From Eledone cirrhosa (Eukaryota), in contig OZ024743.1 of assembly GCA_964016885.1 (NCBI GenBank), forward strand, positions 268,460,001 to 268,524,000: a stretch of DNA of 64,000 nt, in the 5' to 3' direction. Under the pieces are notes generated by a model, which did no database searches, was not told where the DNA came from, and saw only the letters and a list, made by a program, of their open reading frames with translations. Positions 51,513 to 64,000 of this stretch are shown in pieces. Position 1 is the stretch's first letter. Every line of letters starts with the position of its first letter. The position numbers and the translations under genes are program-made.

Positions 51513-53369
51513 CATACATATATATATATATGTATATATATGTATATATATATATACGATTATATATTCCAAAGCACAATCTAGTAGACGAGTATGATTC
51601 TGCACATGTAAAAAACAGTATTTATTGGTGAAGTAAAGTGTTTCATATGGTGGTATGTTGCTAGGATAAGTGTTTTAATGGTTTAGTATAAAATCTTTAT
51701 TCTAGTAACAGGAAGAGCCGCATCCGTTCTCCTTGGCTCATTTCTGTGAGAACAAGCACGAAATAGAATATGCATCCATGTTTGCGTACATACATACATG
51801 CATAAATACATGCATGCATAAACAAATAAATACTTAAACACATACATAAACGTATACTATCTTGCATAAATATACAACAATGCTAAACGTTCAGATTAAT
51901 GAAGACGGATGCTGAAAGCATTTCATTTTCAATATGATTCCACAAAAGGAAAATGAATTATCCCATCACTGGTATTATACGCAAAAGCAGTTAAGAATCA
52001 AAACTTCGTTTAAGTAAATCCGACGAGCAACATGAATGTGACAGTGACGGTAGCGATTACATAAATACTAAAGCAAAAATAACAGAGATGAACAGTTTAA
52101 CTATTTTATTTTTTCAGCATGTTTCTATATTGAAAAACAAAATGTATGAAAAACCAAATTTAAAATGTTAAGAAGGTATTGTCCAAGCTCTATGATGTAT
52201 CACAATCTGAGTGTCGACTCAAAGAAATAATGATTAATTTTGTTTACATTTGTTTCATTTGAGAAGACAGAAAATTTATTGGAAGCGGTCTTCGTATAAT
52301 GGCTCATCCTTATAACCATAGCAATGGCATGATATATGATAAACAACATAGCGTTATTAATAATAAACCGCTAAGAATTTCGCTGTGTTTTTAATGACTA
52401 ACAGCATCTACCATCAAGTTAAGAGTAAGTGAAATAGAAAGTAAAAGGCAAGAAGGAATAACAGGATGTGAAAGGTTATAGCTAGAGTCTAATCGTCTAC
52501 ACCATATCTAACTAATAGGATATATATATATATAACTAAAATAAAAAAAATAACCACATACTATATAAGAAATTATAAACGAATATAAAAATATAATTAA
52601 AACTACAAGTAAAACGTTTACAAAGTACGACATAGTAATATTTGTAAACGATATATGGAATAGTGGTGGTTATAATAAATGTTAGGGAAATGAGGGAGTG
52701 GTTAATACTAAACAGTGAATAGTTAAATAAACTATTTATGTCTTAATATCTATTCTATAATTAAACGATGCATTCGTCGTACCTGTGTTATTCAAAAGTA
52801 TTAAGTTCAGAAATGTATTCATACTTTTTAAAACAATAATGCCTAAGCCGAAATATATATATATACACACACACACACACAAACACACACACCCACACAC
52901 AGAGACACACACACACACAGACACTCACACACATATATATTTATATATATATATATATATTAATAAGCCAAATGTATTGCTAGCTATGGATTATCTCTGA
53001 TGCGCTGTGGTGAATTTTAAATAATTTATTTCTAGGGTAATATTTTAAACTATACTTTCTAAATACTAGATATGTTTGTACCAACAAGTTTACAACATAA
53101 TTTTTGTAGAATGTTTAATATATCATTAATATTAAACGTATCTGTACGAAATATGTTTACGTTATAATCAGAAATTTAAGATGCCACGCTCGACGTTTAC
53201 TTATTTATATATCTCTCTTTACGTTGTTTTCTTTTCTTTTTTTATTCATAATACATAAAAATAATTTGCTAACAAGTCTACTATAGTGAATTCTTCTTCT
53301 TCTTCTTCTTCTTCTTCTTCTTCTTCTTCTTCTTCTTTGTACACTTATTCCTGGGACGATCGTGGGACA

Positions 53370-53600
53370 GTATCCTCAAACACTCAGGGAGGAGAAACCA
53401 TTATGGACAGTAAAAATATCCTAAAACCGTGGACTGAATATTGCTCAAAATTTTACAAACTCCAGAGTTCTGATGAACCTGGTGCAATGTCTGCCCAAGA
53501 TAAAAATCAATAAAGGTTCTCATATTTCAAAGAAAGGGATCGAAGAAGCGATAATAAAATTAAATAGCATCTGGAGTAAACGACATCCCAGGATGCGAAG
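53370..53600 (+). pseudogene. Decayed RTE-type LINE linker fragment
   Basis: GETIMDSKNILKPWTEYCSKFY then ISKKGIEEAIIKL..SGVNDIP, resembling the conserved pre-RT region. Confidence 0.55.
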
Positions 53601-54124
53601 CACGCGATGTTTGATGTTTAGCTTGACTGTTAAGTTTTAACTAGCAGAACCACTCCCATGGCATGGCTCAAAATAAAGGCGTACATATAAGAACACAATA
53701 TACATGTCTACGTAGATTAATACACTTAGTCTCTCAATAAGAGTTTTAGCTGTAAATGAGTTACATCCACAACAACCAGGCTAAAAACATCAGATGCATT
53801 TCCTTATAGTTACATATTTTCTGTACATGCACTTACTGTCTCTGTTAGTGCGCGCGCGTCTGTGTGTGTGTGTGTGCATTTCTATTGATAGATCGGTATG
53901 CGTGCGCACATCTACGCTGCACATGTGTGTGTCAGAGCCAGTGTGACACAGGTGCAGACAGCAAAGCTTCTTATTATAGGTATCTTACTGAAATTGTAAA
54001 AAGAAATTTAATCTACAGTACATTATTATGTCTACATATTTTCATTTTCTCCTCCAATAACCTCCAGGCTGTTTGCGTCACCTCTGTCTCTCTGTTTCTT
54101 CCACTTTCCCTCACTCTCTCTCCC

Positions 54125-54211
<87 letters not shown>

Positions 54212-54345
54212 ATATATCTCTATCTATATATATTATATTATATATATATATTATATAATATAATATATTATATCTATATATATATATATTATATAATATT
54301 ATATATTATATTATATATATATATATTATATTATATATATATATA

Positions 54346-54406
<61 letters not shown>

Positions 54407-54743
54407 ATTATCAAACATTTTTGTACGTGTGCTGGCAATATATGCTAACTATGAAGAACATATCAGGCAAATGTGCCGTTCATCATCTCCTTTAATCCAA
54501 TAACAACGTTTCCAAGTGCAACGATTTAACCTTCAAGCTAGGCTCATCAGATTTCTCAGTTGACATTTCAATAGTGAGATAAAAATCCCTATGTTTGTTT
54601 TCTCTTGCTCATCAATCTCTGGTTTGCAATTTTCTTTTTGTTTTAGTCGGCATTCATAGTTGCATGGAATTTAAGAATAGAATATAGCAAACCAACTTAC
54701 ATGTATCCATACGTGCATACGCACTAATATATATATATATACA

Positions 54744-54879
<136 letters not shown>

Positions 54880-54929
54880 CATATATATATTATATATATA
54901 TATACATATATATATATATGTATATATAT

Positions 54930-55046
<117 letters not shown>

Positions 55047-55055
55047 GTATATATG

Positions 55056-55097
<42 letters not shown>

Positions 55098-55100
55098 TAT

Positions 55101-55142
55101 ACATACAAGTTCACGCGCATGCATATATACATACACCGACAT

Positions 55143-55224
<82 letters not shown>

Positions 55225-55266
55225 ATGTCGGTGTATGTATATATGCATGCGCGTGAACTTGTATGT
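55101..55266. repeat. Perfect inverted repeat around a (TA)n core
   Basis: ACATACAAGTTCACGCGCATGCATATATACATACACCGACATAC / GTATGTCGGTGTATGTATATATGCATGCGCGTGAACTTGTATGT. Confidence 0.9.
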
Positions 55267-55297
55267 ATATATATATATATATTCGCATTGATATACA

Positions 55298-55375
<78 letters not shown>

Positions 55376-55390
55376 TGTGTGTGTGTGTGT

Positions 55391-55438
<48 letters not shown>

Positions 55439-57569
55439 CTGTGTGTGTGTGTGTATGAACATAGATACTCACATACATATATACGTTCATACATACATAC
55501 ATACATACATACATACGTACATACATACATACATACATACATACATACATACATACATACAATTGTACGTACATACATACATACTTTCAAACCACCACAC
55601 AATCGCCATTTTGATTTTAAATTATTTGCATTTTTTATGTTATTTTTTCAATTGATATTATATTTCTTATAATTTATTGTTTTTGTTTTGTATTTGACTA
55701 ATCCATTTAATGTTGCAGTTATTCTGTATATTGTTCCTAGCAACGAAAATATGTTTGGTATTTTCGTTTTAATTTTTAACGATTAATTTCTATGTAGGTA
55801 GCTCGAACATATAACGTTTTTTAACAACGAAACTATGTTTGTTATTTTGATATATCCCTTTTCTTTGTTGGTTTATTTATTTGATTTTTCAATTCTGTGT
55901 TTTTATATTTTTAACATAACATGTGTGAACGTTATGTTGTAAATTAGTAAACATCATAAGTCAGAGCTTACATAAATGTGCGTCCATATCTGCGTGAGTG
56001 CAAAAAGAAATAAGTACGAATTTCGTTTCAAGTTTTGACGTTATTTCATTATTTTTTTGTTATTGTATTTTGGCACCCGTTCAGCCGTGTTCAATCATAC
56101 ATGAGATCAAATAATATTTCAGTTGGAACTATTGCCTCTTTTCCCCAGTTGTAGTCACTCCAAGGCTACATTATCTGATATGCCTTTTCTATTTTTAAAA
56201 TAGTAATGAAGTTTTTAGGTTGCGATTTGGCAGAGTCGTTGGAACGTCAAAAAATATGCTTTACGGTACTTTTTGAGGCCTTCTGTGTTCAAATCACACC
56301 GTGGTCAACTTTGTATTTAATCTTTTCGAGGTCAGTAAAAGAAGTACTAGTTAAGTACTGGTGTCATTTCTCTCTCTTTCTTTTCCTCATTATCTGCAAA
56401 AAATTGGATTTGTTCAGACACGTGATGGCCTCGCTCCTATGACTTCATCATGTGTTTCGTCTCCATACATGCATACATTATAGTATTTTTAGTGATTCAG
56501 CTGCTGCTTCCAGCATATCGTAGGCAAGTTAGAGTTTCGCTTTAATCATCATCCAACGTGTCTGCGATGAAACACTAACCAGTCATGACCATCTGTTCCT
56601 CGTTCTATTTTTATGTTCGTTAGCCATAACCATCTCATCAAAAGTGTCTTCGTTTTTAGGACAGTTGTGTGCGGTTTGCAGGAAATGTGTTAACTATTTT
56701 TGGCAAACATGCACTGTATTACCGTTGTGCTTGTGTTATTTGCTGCTGCTCAGCCTTTAGACAACAGACAAAGGATCGACGGCAATCTAGCTCTGGTGAT
56801 TCTATCTTTTTATGGATATCTAGGATTACGTTATCTAAATGTCCATCATCTAATATGCCCTTTATATAGGATGTAATTTATGAGCAATTTAATGGGTTAG
56901 TCACAGAGGGAAGAGTAGCTATCTTGAAACTATATATTTTCAGAATTTCCAAGATTGGTTGCGCGAAAGGTGGATCGTTGCCCCAGACCGCGAAACTCAC
57001 CCACATTTTTATAACGAAGTTAATTCCATTAAAGTCACCCAAGAATCAGGGGGGGGGGGGGGGGGGGGGGGGTAAACAGCTCGGCGAATCTCCGATCAAC
57101 ACAAAAGCTGTATTGCAATGTATCCTATCTGATAATCTAATAATTCCTCTAATACATCACCCTAGACTTTTATTTTATTCGATTAAGCCCCACAATATTA
57201 AAGACAAATATGAATTCGGTGAGAATTGAAATAAGGTTAAGTATCGATATTTAGTTAGTCAATACAACGAAATTCTATGAGTCACAACAGTCTTAAGGAT
57301 GCATCAAGTTGATAACATTTATTTAACCTAGTTGTAACACGAAATGAATTTGAGAAATTGTGATACATTGAGTTGTCGTGATGAGAGAGTGATGTTTGAA
57401 GTTAGTTTCGTTTAACAGAAAATAGAGGTAACATAACGGAAGAGCTGGAAATGACAAATTCATCTATTATTATTTATACCTTTTCCGAGTCGTCGATATT
57501 CACATTGCTGTTTAGAAATTCCCTGGGCCTTAGATCAAGTAAGATGCAATTCATTGATTTCCTATCCAA

Positions 57570-57960
57570 CTGTTCCAAGTGAAGTGTACTTTCACCCTCC
57601 AAGCTTTTGTTTTCCAGGCAGTGTCTATCTTAATGGCATTTTTAGTATCCTATCTTTTGGGCCATTTCCTTTCTGTGACCTCGTCACCAGAGCCACCGAC
57701 GTTTGTTTCTATGACCACTGTATTGCCACCAACTTTGTGATTCAGTTTCTCATTTGACACATGTGTCAACTCACGACAAATAAACTTTGAGACATTCCTC
57801 AACCTCTGCTCGGTTCTCTCGAGATATAGGTTTTAATCTCTTTATTATATCAGGCTACCTGCAGTAGTTTTGTTTTGATTTTTACATATTTTAGAGGATT
57901 TCACAATGTTACGTTCCACGCTTTGTAACATCCGAAATACTATATTTCACTGACTATATA
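57570..57960 (-). pseudogene. Highly decayed R4/Dong-like LINE fragment
   Basis: Minus-strand remnants WNV..VKIKTKLL, LYLER..RG and WKTKA in the order seen in the post-RT part of 35506-38898. Confidence 0.35.
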
Positions 57961-60153
57961 ATGGCCATGAAACTCTAATAGAAACCTATCGTAGTTGTCA
58001 AGATTTGTAATCACTTTGTATCGTATTATATATGTTTGGCTAAATTTCCGGAAGATGCAACAATCAGGTGAGATAATGATTTAGCGATTTAATGATAAAA
58101 TTAAATAATAGCCGTATTTCATTATAGCTATGAACATTTATTGCTATATAACAATGACAACAATCTCCAAATGGATATTAATAATGTAGTCATTTATGCA
58201 TTGTCCATGTAAGACTATACAAAAGACATTTAATCTGATAGTGAAGTTATTTTCCGAAACGAGGTATGCAGGTATATAATGCTTAAATATATCTTGGCCC
58301 AGTAATACTCTGATCAAGGTCCAGTTTGACAATGACAATATGACAGAATAAGGATGGGTCACAAGAAGCAAAAAAAGAAAAAAATGCTGGCCATAAATTT
58401 AAAAAAAAAATAGTATAGAAGGAAAAGGTTGATTAATCTATCGAGGGAATGGTGGATTGAAGCAATCAACAAGTCTGAAATTCAATACATAACGAAATGC
58501 GTGTGGGCAGCCATTATGTAGTTAATCAAACTGCTATAAAAAATAACCATGTCTGACTTATTTCAAACAATGTCTCCTTAAAAATAAGGTATATGTTGGA
58601 CAATGGACTTTTATATATACAGAAACATGGAATATATTTGATAATAGGTTAATCAATGACGGCTGGCTTGGGGCTAATTTATAAGACAAAGATTTTTTGA
58701 CACAATGATTACTTTCAAGTAAATCCGTACTCAGAACACGATGTATAAATTTAGTGATTGATATCCTACCTGATGAATTGTAACCAAATTTCCAAGTATT
58801 GTGTAGCCAAATAACTCCAACCTTGTTTGGTTTAGCTGGTTGGGAAGTAGTTATTTGCCTGTAAACATTTACTCTACATTAGAACGAGTGTTTAGTGGGT
58901 GCATTGGTGGTTTATATCCTCTGACAGATACTGATTTGTATCTAAAGCTAGCAAATTTAATTGAAAGCTGTCAAATTCCATTTGACAGTGGAATATAATT
59001 ATCAATTTTAGACATTGGTAGCGCTGCAGTCTTTTTACTATCAGTGGAATATTTGGGTACAATGTTTAGACTAGTCTCTCATTAGTGGATATTTCGCAGC
59101 TAAATGTTTCTCATGGGAAAATAATCCTTCTTATGTAAGACGATATTTGATCGTTAGACCAGTATCGCCAGTCTTATAAGCAAAAATCAAATGAATAAAA
59201 CATTATGGAGGCAGCAAAGTAGATCTACGTGATCACTCGACTCGCAAGACTAGCAATTAAATATACTTTACATCTTGAGATGGAAAGACATTGGATAATG
59301 TAGACCTGCAATGTTTTATATCAGAATACTATATGGAGCGATCACTGTTTAAAACCCTGCCTCATAGATCTGTTAGATGAGAGCTGAATGTAATGTGACA
59401 TCAAAAGAAGAAGAATGTCAGTTCCAGTAAAACAAGGAGACAATGATGGAATTGTGGATGGAAAATGTGTCGAAAATGGAAAACGTTAGTATAGAGCAGT
59501 GATATAAATGACAAATATCTTTAATTCATTCCTTCGTTTCTCTCTCTGTTTGAAATACTACGTCATACATATTTTTTCTCATAATGGTAAAAATGTATAT
59601 TCATCAAAAAATTGTATAATACATATAATAGTAAATCAATCAGTGTAATAATTTAGTTCATATCAATAAGGTTAAATATATGTCACATATGTTTTAATCA
59701 TTTTTTTAAAGATGCCGCACGCTTAACATTGCTGGAAATGTCAGTCAAATACCCTTCAAAATACACGCTACCGTCTTAAAAAAGAAAGATCTATTCGTTA
59801 ATATAGTCATCGATATACGATATTTAAAAAAGAAAATTACCAGATGGTCACGGATGAAACTCATTCGCCTGTTACTTTACTGTATGATGGATAACAACAA
59901 CAAAAGTAATTATTTTTTCTAAAACCCTACGTACCATGACTCCTGATTTAAACAAAGATATGTGGAAGAACGAATTGTAGGAAATTCGGTCTTCCATTAC
60001 CAGAACAAAGGTGAATAAACAAATAGACACACACACACACATAAATATATAAATATATATAACGGAAGAAATGTGGTAAGGAACCAGGTGGACCATAACG
60101 CACCAAAGTACTCAATACTTAGGGTAGTAGAGTGGGTAATAGGAACGAGTTGG

Positions 60154-60249
60154 ACTCCAACAGCTGAGCTCAAGCCGTTTCGACGGCTAATTCTGGACTA
60201 AATGAACATTTTTATCCTGGTATTTGAATAGCCGAGCTTCTCAAGGGGT
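60154..60249 (-). ncRNA. Type I hammerhead ribozyme, U3-A8 variant (partly decayed)
   Basis: ACCCC-TTGAGAA-...-GAA-ACGGCT tgagctc AGCTGT-T-GGAGT; GUU triplet, stem I mismatch. Confidence 0.65.
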
Positions 60250-62146
60250 AATTCCAGATATGGTCAAAGTGAAAGTCACAGGGATTGGTCAAAAGTTTGT
60301 AGTTGAGACATAATAATTCTATGATGGCAATTTGTGGAGGGAAGGGGTAGCTAAACCTGCCAGTAGGAGAAAGAGGGAGAGGGGGAGGAGGAGACCCATT
60401 CATGCGTTGATAGTGCCGGCTACAGCTGGGCGTGAGGTCAAAGAAGATACTAGGGAGGGGGAGGAAGTCGAGACAGCAAGTAGAACATGCGCCTTATTAC
60501 ATCCAGGCCCTCAAGCGGAGTGGTTTCTGGGAGGAAATATATTACTGTCCAGCTCCCATTAGCGGAACCAGCAGGCGACACCGCCGCTCACGCCATGTAA
60601 CATGGTTCAATCCTCCCCACAACGCCGAGGTGACAAGTCCTATCCGGAAAATATTCTTTACGCTCATTGAAAAACACTTCCCAATACAACACCGCTACCA
60701 CAACATAATTAACAAAAATACCATCAAACTCTCTTACATCACTACACCAAACTTTGCACAAAACATCGTCTCCTTCAACAACAAAAGACTCAACCCCTAT
60801 GGAAGAAATAACCTAAATAGCAGTGGAGAGCCGACCAGAAGGTGCAACTGTCCTGATGGATACATTTGCCCCCTCGACAACAGATGCAGAGATCGTAATG
60901 TGATCTACCAGTGCAACGTGAGGACGGACACCTCCAAAAAAGCTTATATAGGATTAACCGCTTGTGACTTCAAGACCCGGCTATACCAACACAGACATAC
61001 CTTCCGAAACCCGGCCCGGCGTCACGCCACTACAATTTCGGGCCACATATGGGACCTCAAGGATAACAACATTACCTATGATCTCACTTGGAGATTACTG
61101 TCCAGAGCCAACTCTTACACGGGAGGACGCCGTCCGTGCAATTTATGCTCGGAGGAAACTTTACAAATGCTGTTTTCGACGGACCAACTCCTAAACAAGA
61201 AAGATGAACTGGTTACTGCATGTAAACACAGATTGCGTAGGACTTACCTCGCGCTCAAACCCCATAATGACCCGGGGAGGTAGACTAGGGCTATAACACC
61301 CCACTTGCCGATTTTTTAATGGGTAACCCCTGCTTGCTAAGGGAGACGTAAGATCTTCTTTTATATCTTTTTATCGCTTCCTCTATATTTCCTTCTTCCC
61401 CCATCCCTCCCTAGTCCTTCCACCCCAGTTCTCTTTCTTTGTCGTCGTCTTTTTCTCGCTCACCCGAGGCAGCCTCTCGGTTCTTTGTAGCCTCAGTACC
61501 CCGACCCCCTTCCCTTATTATATGATAGATTTGGCCGACTCCGCTTTTTATAGTAGATGTGTTAGACCCCGGATACTTGCCCTATTATCCGACCGCTGCC
61601 CCTTTTCCGTGCTTTCTATATTTCTTAGTGGTATCTTTGCTTTAATTTCTCGTTTATCAGTATTTTTTTGGGGGGGGGGGGGGATGGGGGGGATTCTGAA
61701 TTAATTTTCCGTATCAAATTTTACTTTTACTTCGTACGAGCTTTTATGTACCTTGCACTAGAACTTTTGTATCGTGGCGGCACCCTTAGAGATAGTATTA
61801 GTATTCTTTTTCGGGACTCTGAATTATTATTTCGTATTAGTTTACTTTTTTGCACTGGGTGGTTGCTGGCCTTGTGCCTGGGGTAGTAACTTTTATTATT
61901 TCGTTTTAGTTTCTTTAGTATTTTGGTCCCTCACTTGTTGACCCGTCACCGTAAGATACTCGGTTTATTACTTATACCTCTTAAAAGGGTCTCATTTTAA
62001 TTCCGTCCCACCTAGTATATATTTTTTTTTTTTTTTTTTAAGCCTAGCAATAGTGAGAGACTTAGGTCGTAGTAACCAGAAATTGTTTATTTATTTTTTT
62101 TTTTTTACATTTAATTGCTTTTTAACACCCAGTATTTTTCTATATA

Positions 62147-62333
62147 AAGGGCGGTGGATTGGCAGTATCGGTAGAGGGTCGGACGCCATGCTTTCAAGCA
62201 TAGTTACGTCCCTTTACGATCTGAGTTCAAATCCCGCCGAGGTTGACTTTGCCTTTCATCCTTACGGGGTCGATAACATAAAGTACCAGTAATGCACTGG
62301 TTAATTGCTGGCCTTGTGCCTAAAGTAGAAACA
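62147..62333 (+). mobile_element. tRNA-derived SINE inserted in the Penelope 3' region with a 16-bp TSD
   Basis: A/B boxes, Meta-like core; AGTATTTTTCTATATA at 62131-62146 and 62334-62349. Confidence 0.9.
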
Positions 62334-62605
62334 AGTATTTTTCTATATATTTACCCCTTATTGTTCTACTTACTGTCTCGACTTCCTCCCCCTCCCCCTC
62401 CCTAGTATCTTCTTTGACCTCACGCCCAGCTGTAGCCGGCACTATCAACGCATGAATGGGTCTCCTCCTCCCCCTCTCCCTCTTTCTCCTACTGGCAGGT
62501 TTAGCTACCCCTTCCCTCCACAAATTGCCATCATAGAATTATTATGTCTCAACTACAAACTTTTGACCAATCCATGTGACAATCACTTTGACCATATCTG
62601 GAATT

Positions 62606-62701
62606 ACCCCTTGAGAAGCTCGGCTATTCAAATACCAGGATAAAAATTTTCATTTAGTCCAGAATTAGCCGTCGAAACGGCTTGAGCTCAGCCGTCGGGG
62701 T
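62606..62701 (+). ncRNA. Type I hammerhead ribozyme, U3-A8 variant core, long stem II
   Basis: ACCCC-TTGAGAA-[..CGGCTA..TAGCCGTC]-GAA-ACGGCT tgagctc AGCCGT-C-GGGGT; perfect stems I and III, GUC triplet (predicted cut after 62696). Confidence 0.82.
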
Positions 62702-63476
62702 CCAACTCGTTCCTATAAATATATATATATATGTGTGTGTGTATGTGTGTGTCTGTTTGTGTTTGTGTGTATGTATATGTGTGTGTGTGTGTATGTGTGC
62801 ATGTGTTTATCTGTGTGTTTGTGTTTATTTATATATTCATTTGTTTATTCACCTTTACTGGTGATGGAAGATCGAGCTTCCTACAACTTGTACACTCCTT
62901 AAAAACACTATGATGTGTTTATGGAACCTTGATCTAAACGAATGATCTATATTATTGGTCTAAACACATGATCTATATTAAATTGAATCAGAGAAAGGCA
63001 TCACAAATATTATCATCAAATGCTCATCATTCAGAAAATAGCATAGGAAAGCGAGCATTTTTGTTCTACATATTTTTCAATCAAACTTGAACTATCGTAT
63101 TCCTATTTGACCGGCAATTGTAATTGGGATGAATGAAGTACGTCATTTAACATAATTCATTCATCGTTTCTATGATATTTATGAGAATCATTAACAATGG
63201 CAACAAGTTATTCGCTTTGTATTCCCAACAACGATAGACTCAGCAAATTGTCAGAGCTTTTCATTGACGTAAAAGGTCATCTTGTCGAAATATTGTTTTG
63301 ATTGGACGGCATTGTTGTAACGATATTCATACAATTGTCTCTTCTATATCCACACACACAGACACACACAGAGACACAGACACACACACAGACATGGAAA
63401 AACACTTTTGTCGTATTCGTGTGAGAATGCAAGAGTAGTTGAATGCTGTGCGTGTATATATATATGTGTGTATGCG

Positions 63477-63572
<96 letters not shown>

Positions 63573-64000
63573 TGTGTGTGGGGAGGGGTATACATATATG
63601 AGTATATACATATATAGACGTGCTTATATGTGTTGTATGTGTGAATACCAATTTATTTCTGAAACAGAAAAGATAAACTACTCATGGCTGGATTGTGGTT
63701 TATCATATGTCTGTATAGTCAGGACTAACCTGCGTTTATAAACATAACAACTAACTATCGAGAGAGCCTCAACATTGTTGCTCAAATTTCTCGAACTTGA
63801 AAACCATACATCTACGAAACACACTCTACAGTCGCAAAAGAGGGATTGAGACACTTATTCATTTCTTCTAAAAGCAATATATTGACAAAATGTGGAATGG
63901 CCAAATATAGAAATCCTTTGACTATCGGTTTGGGGGATTTAAACAGCAATGGATCGCGTCAATGCTCACTATGTGGTTATTTGACAATGCAAATCAGTGA

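Larger units (their letters stand above)
60061..62716 (+). mobile_element. Penelope-like element family D, copy 2 (5'-truncated, inverted 5' arm 60061-60487)
   Basis: 60488-61283 encodes linker + GIY-YIG nearly identical to the C-terminal half of 21835-23346; 3' region to 62716; TA-rich microsatellite on both sides. Confidence 0.92.

Noticed and set aside
62147-62240. tRNA gene (also 33290, 46071)
   Set aside because: A/B boxes belong to SINE heads; no complete cloverleaf, and the sequence continues into the SINE core

Overview
AT-rich, microsatellite-saturated eukaryotic repeat region with no recognisable host-gene exon. The SINE and repeat content suggests an octopod cephalopod genome (inference). 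Nearly all short ORFs in the track are translations of (TA)n, (CA)n, (GA)n, (GTAT)n or (TAA)n. The real coding content is retrotransposons: several Penelope-like elements (RT + GIY-YIG) from at least three families, one apparently intact R4/Dong-type RLE LINE ORF (1130 aa), a decayed RTE LINE ending in three C2H2 fingers plus internally deleted derivatives, and L1/Tx1 fragments. Non-autonomous Helitrons, hAT and Tigger-like MITEs and tRNA-derived SINEs are also present. The most notable signal is in the Penelope-type insertions. They carry hammerhead ribozymes, including four copies of an unusual U3-A8 type I hammerhead with a full stem III and a 54-nt stem II. They also repeatedly sit in (TA)n as head-to-head pairs in which one arm ends at a fixed long 3' end and the other at a fixed short 3' end, from 3.9-kb elements down to 100-200-bp palindromes. 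All RNA structures were folded by eye and family assignments were made from remembered motifs, without database searches.
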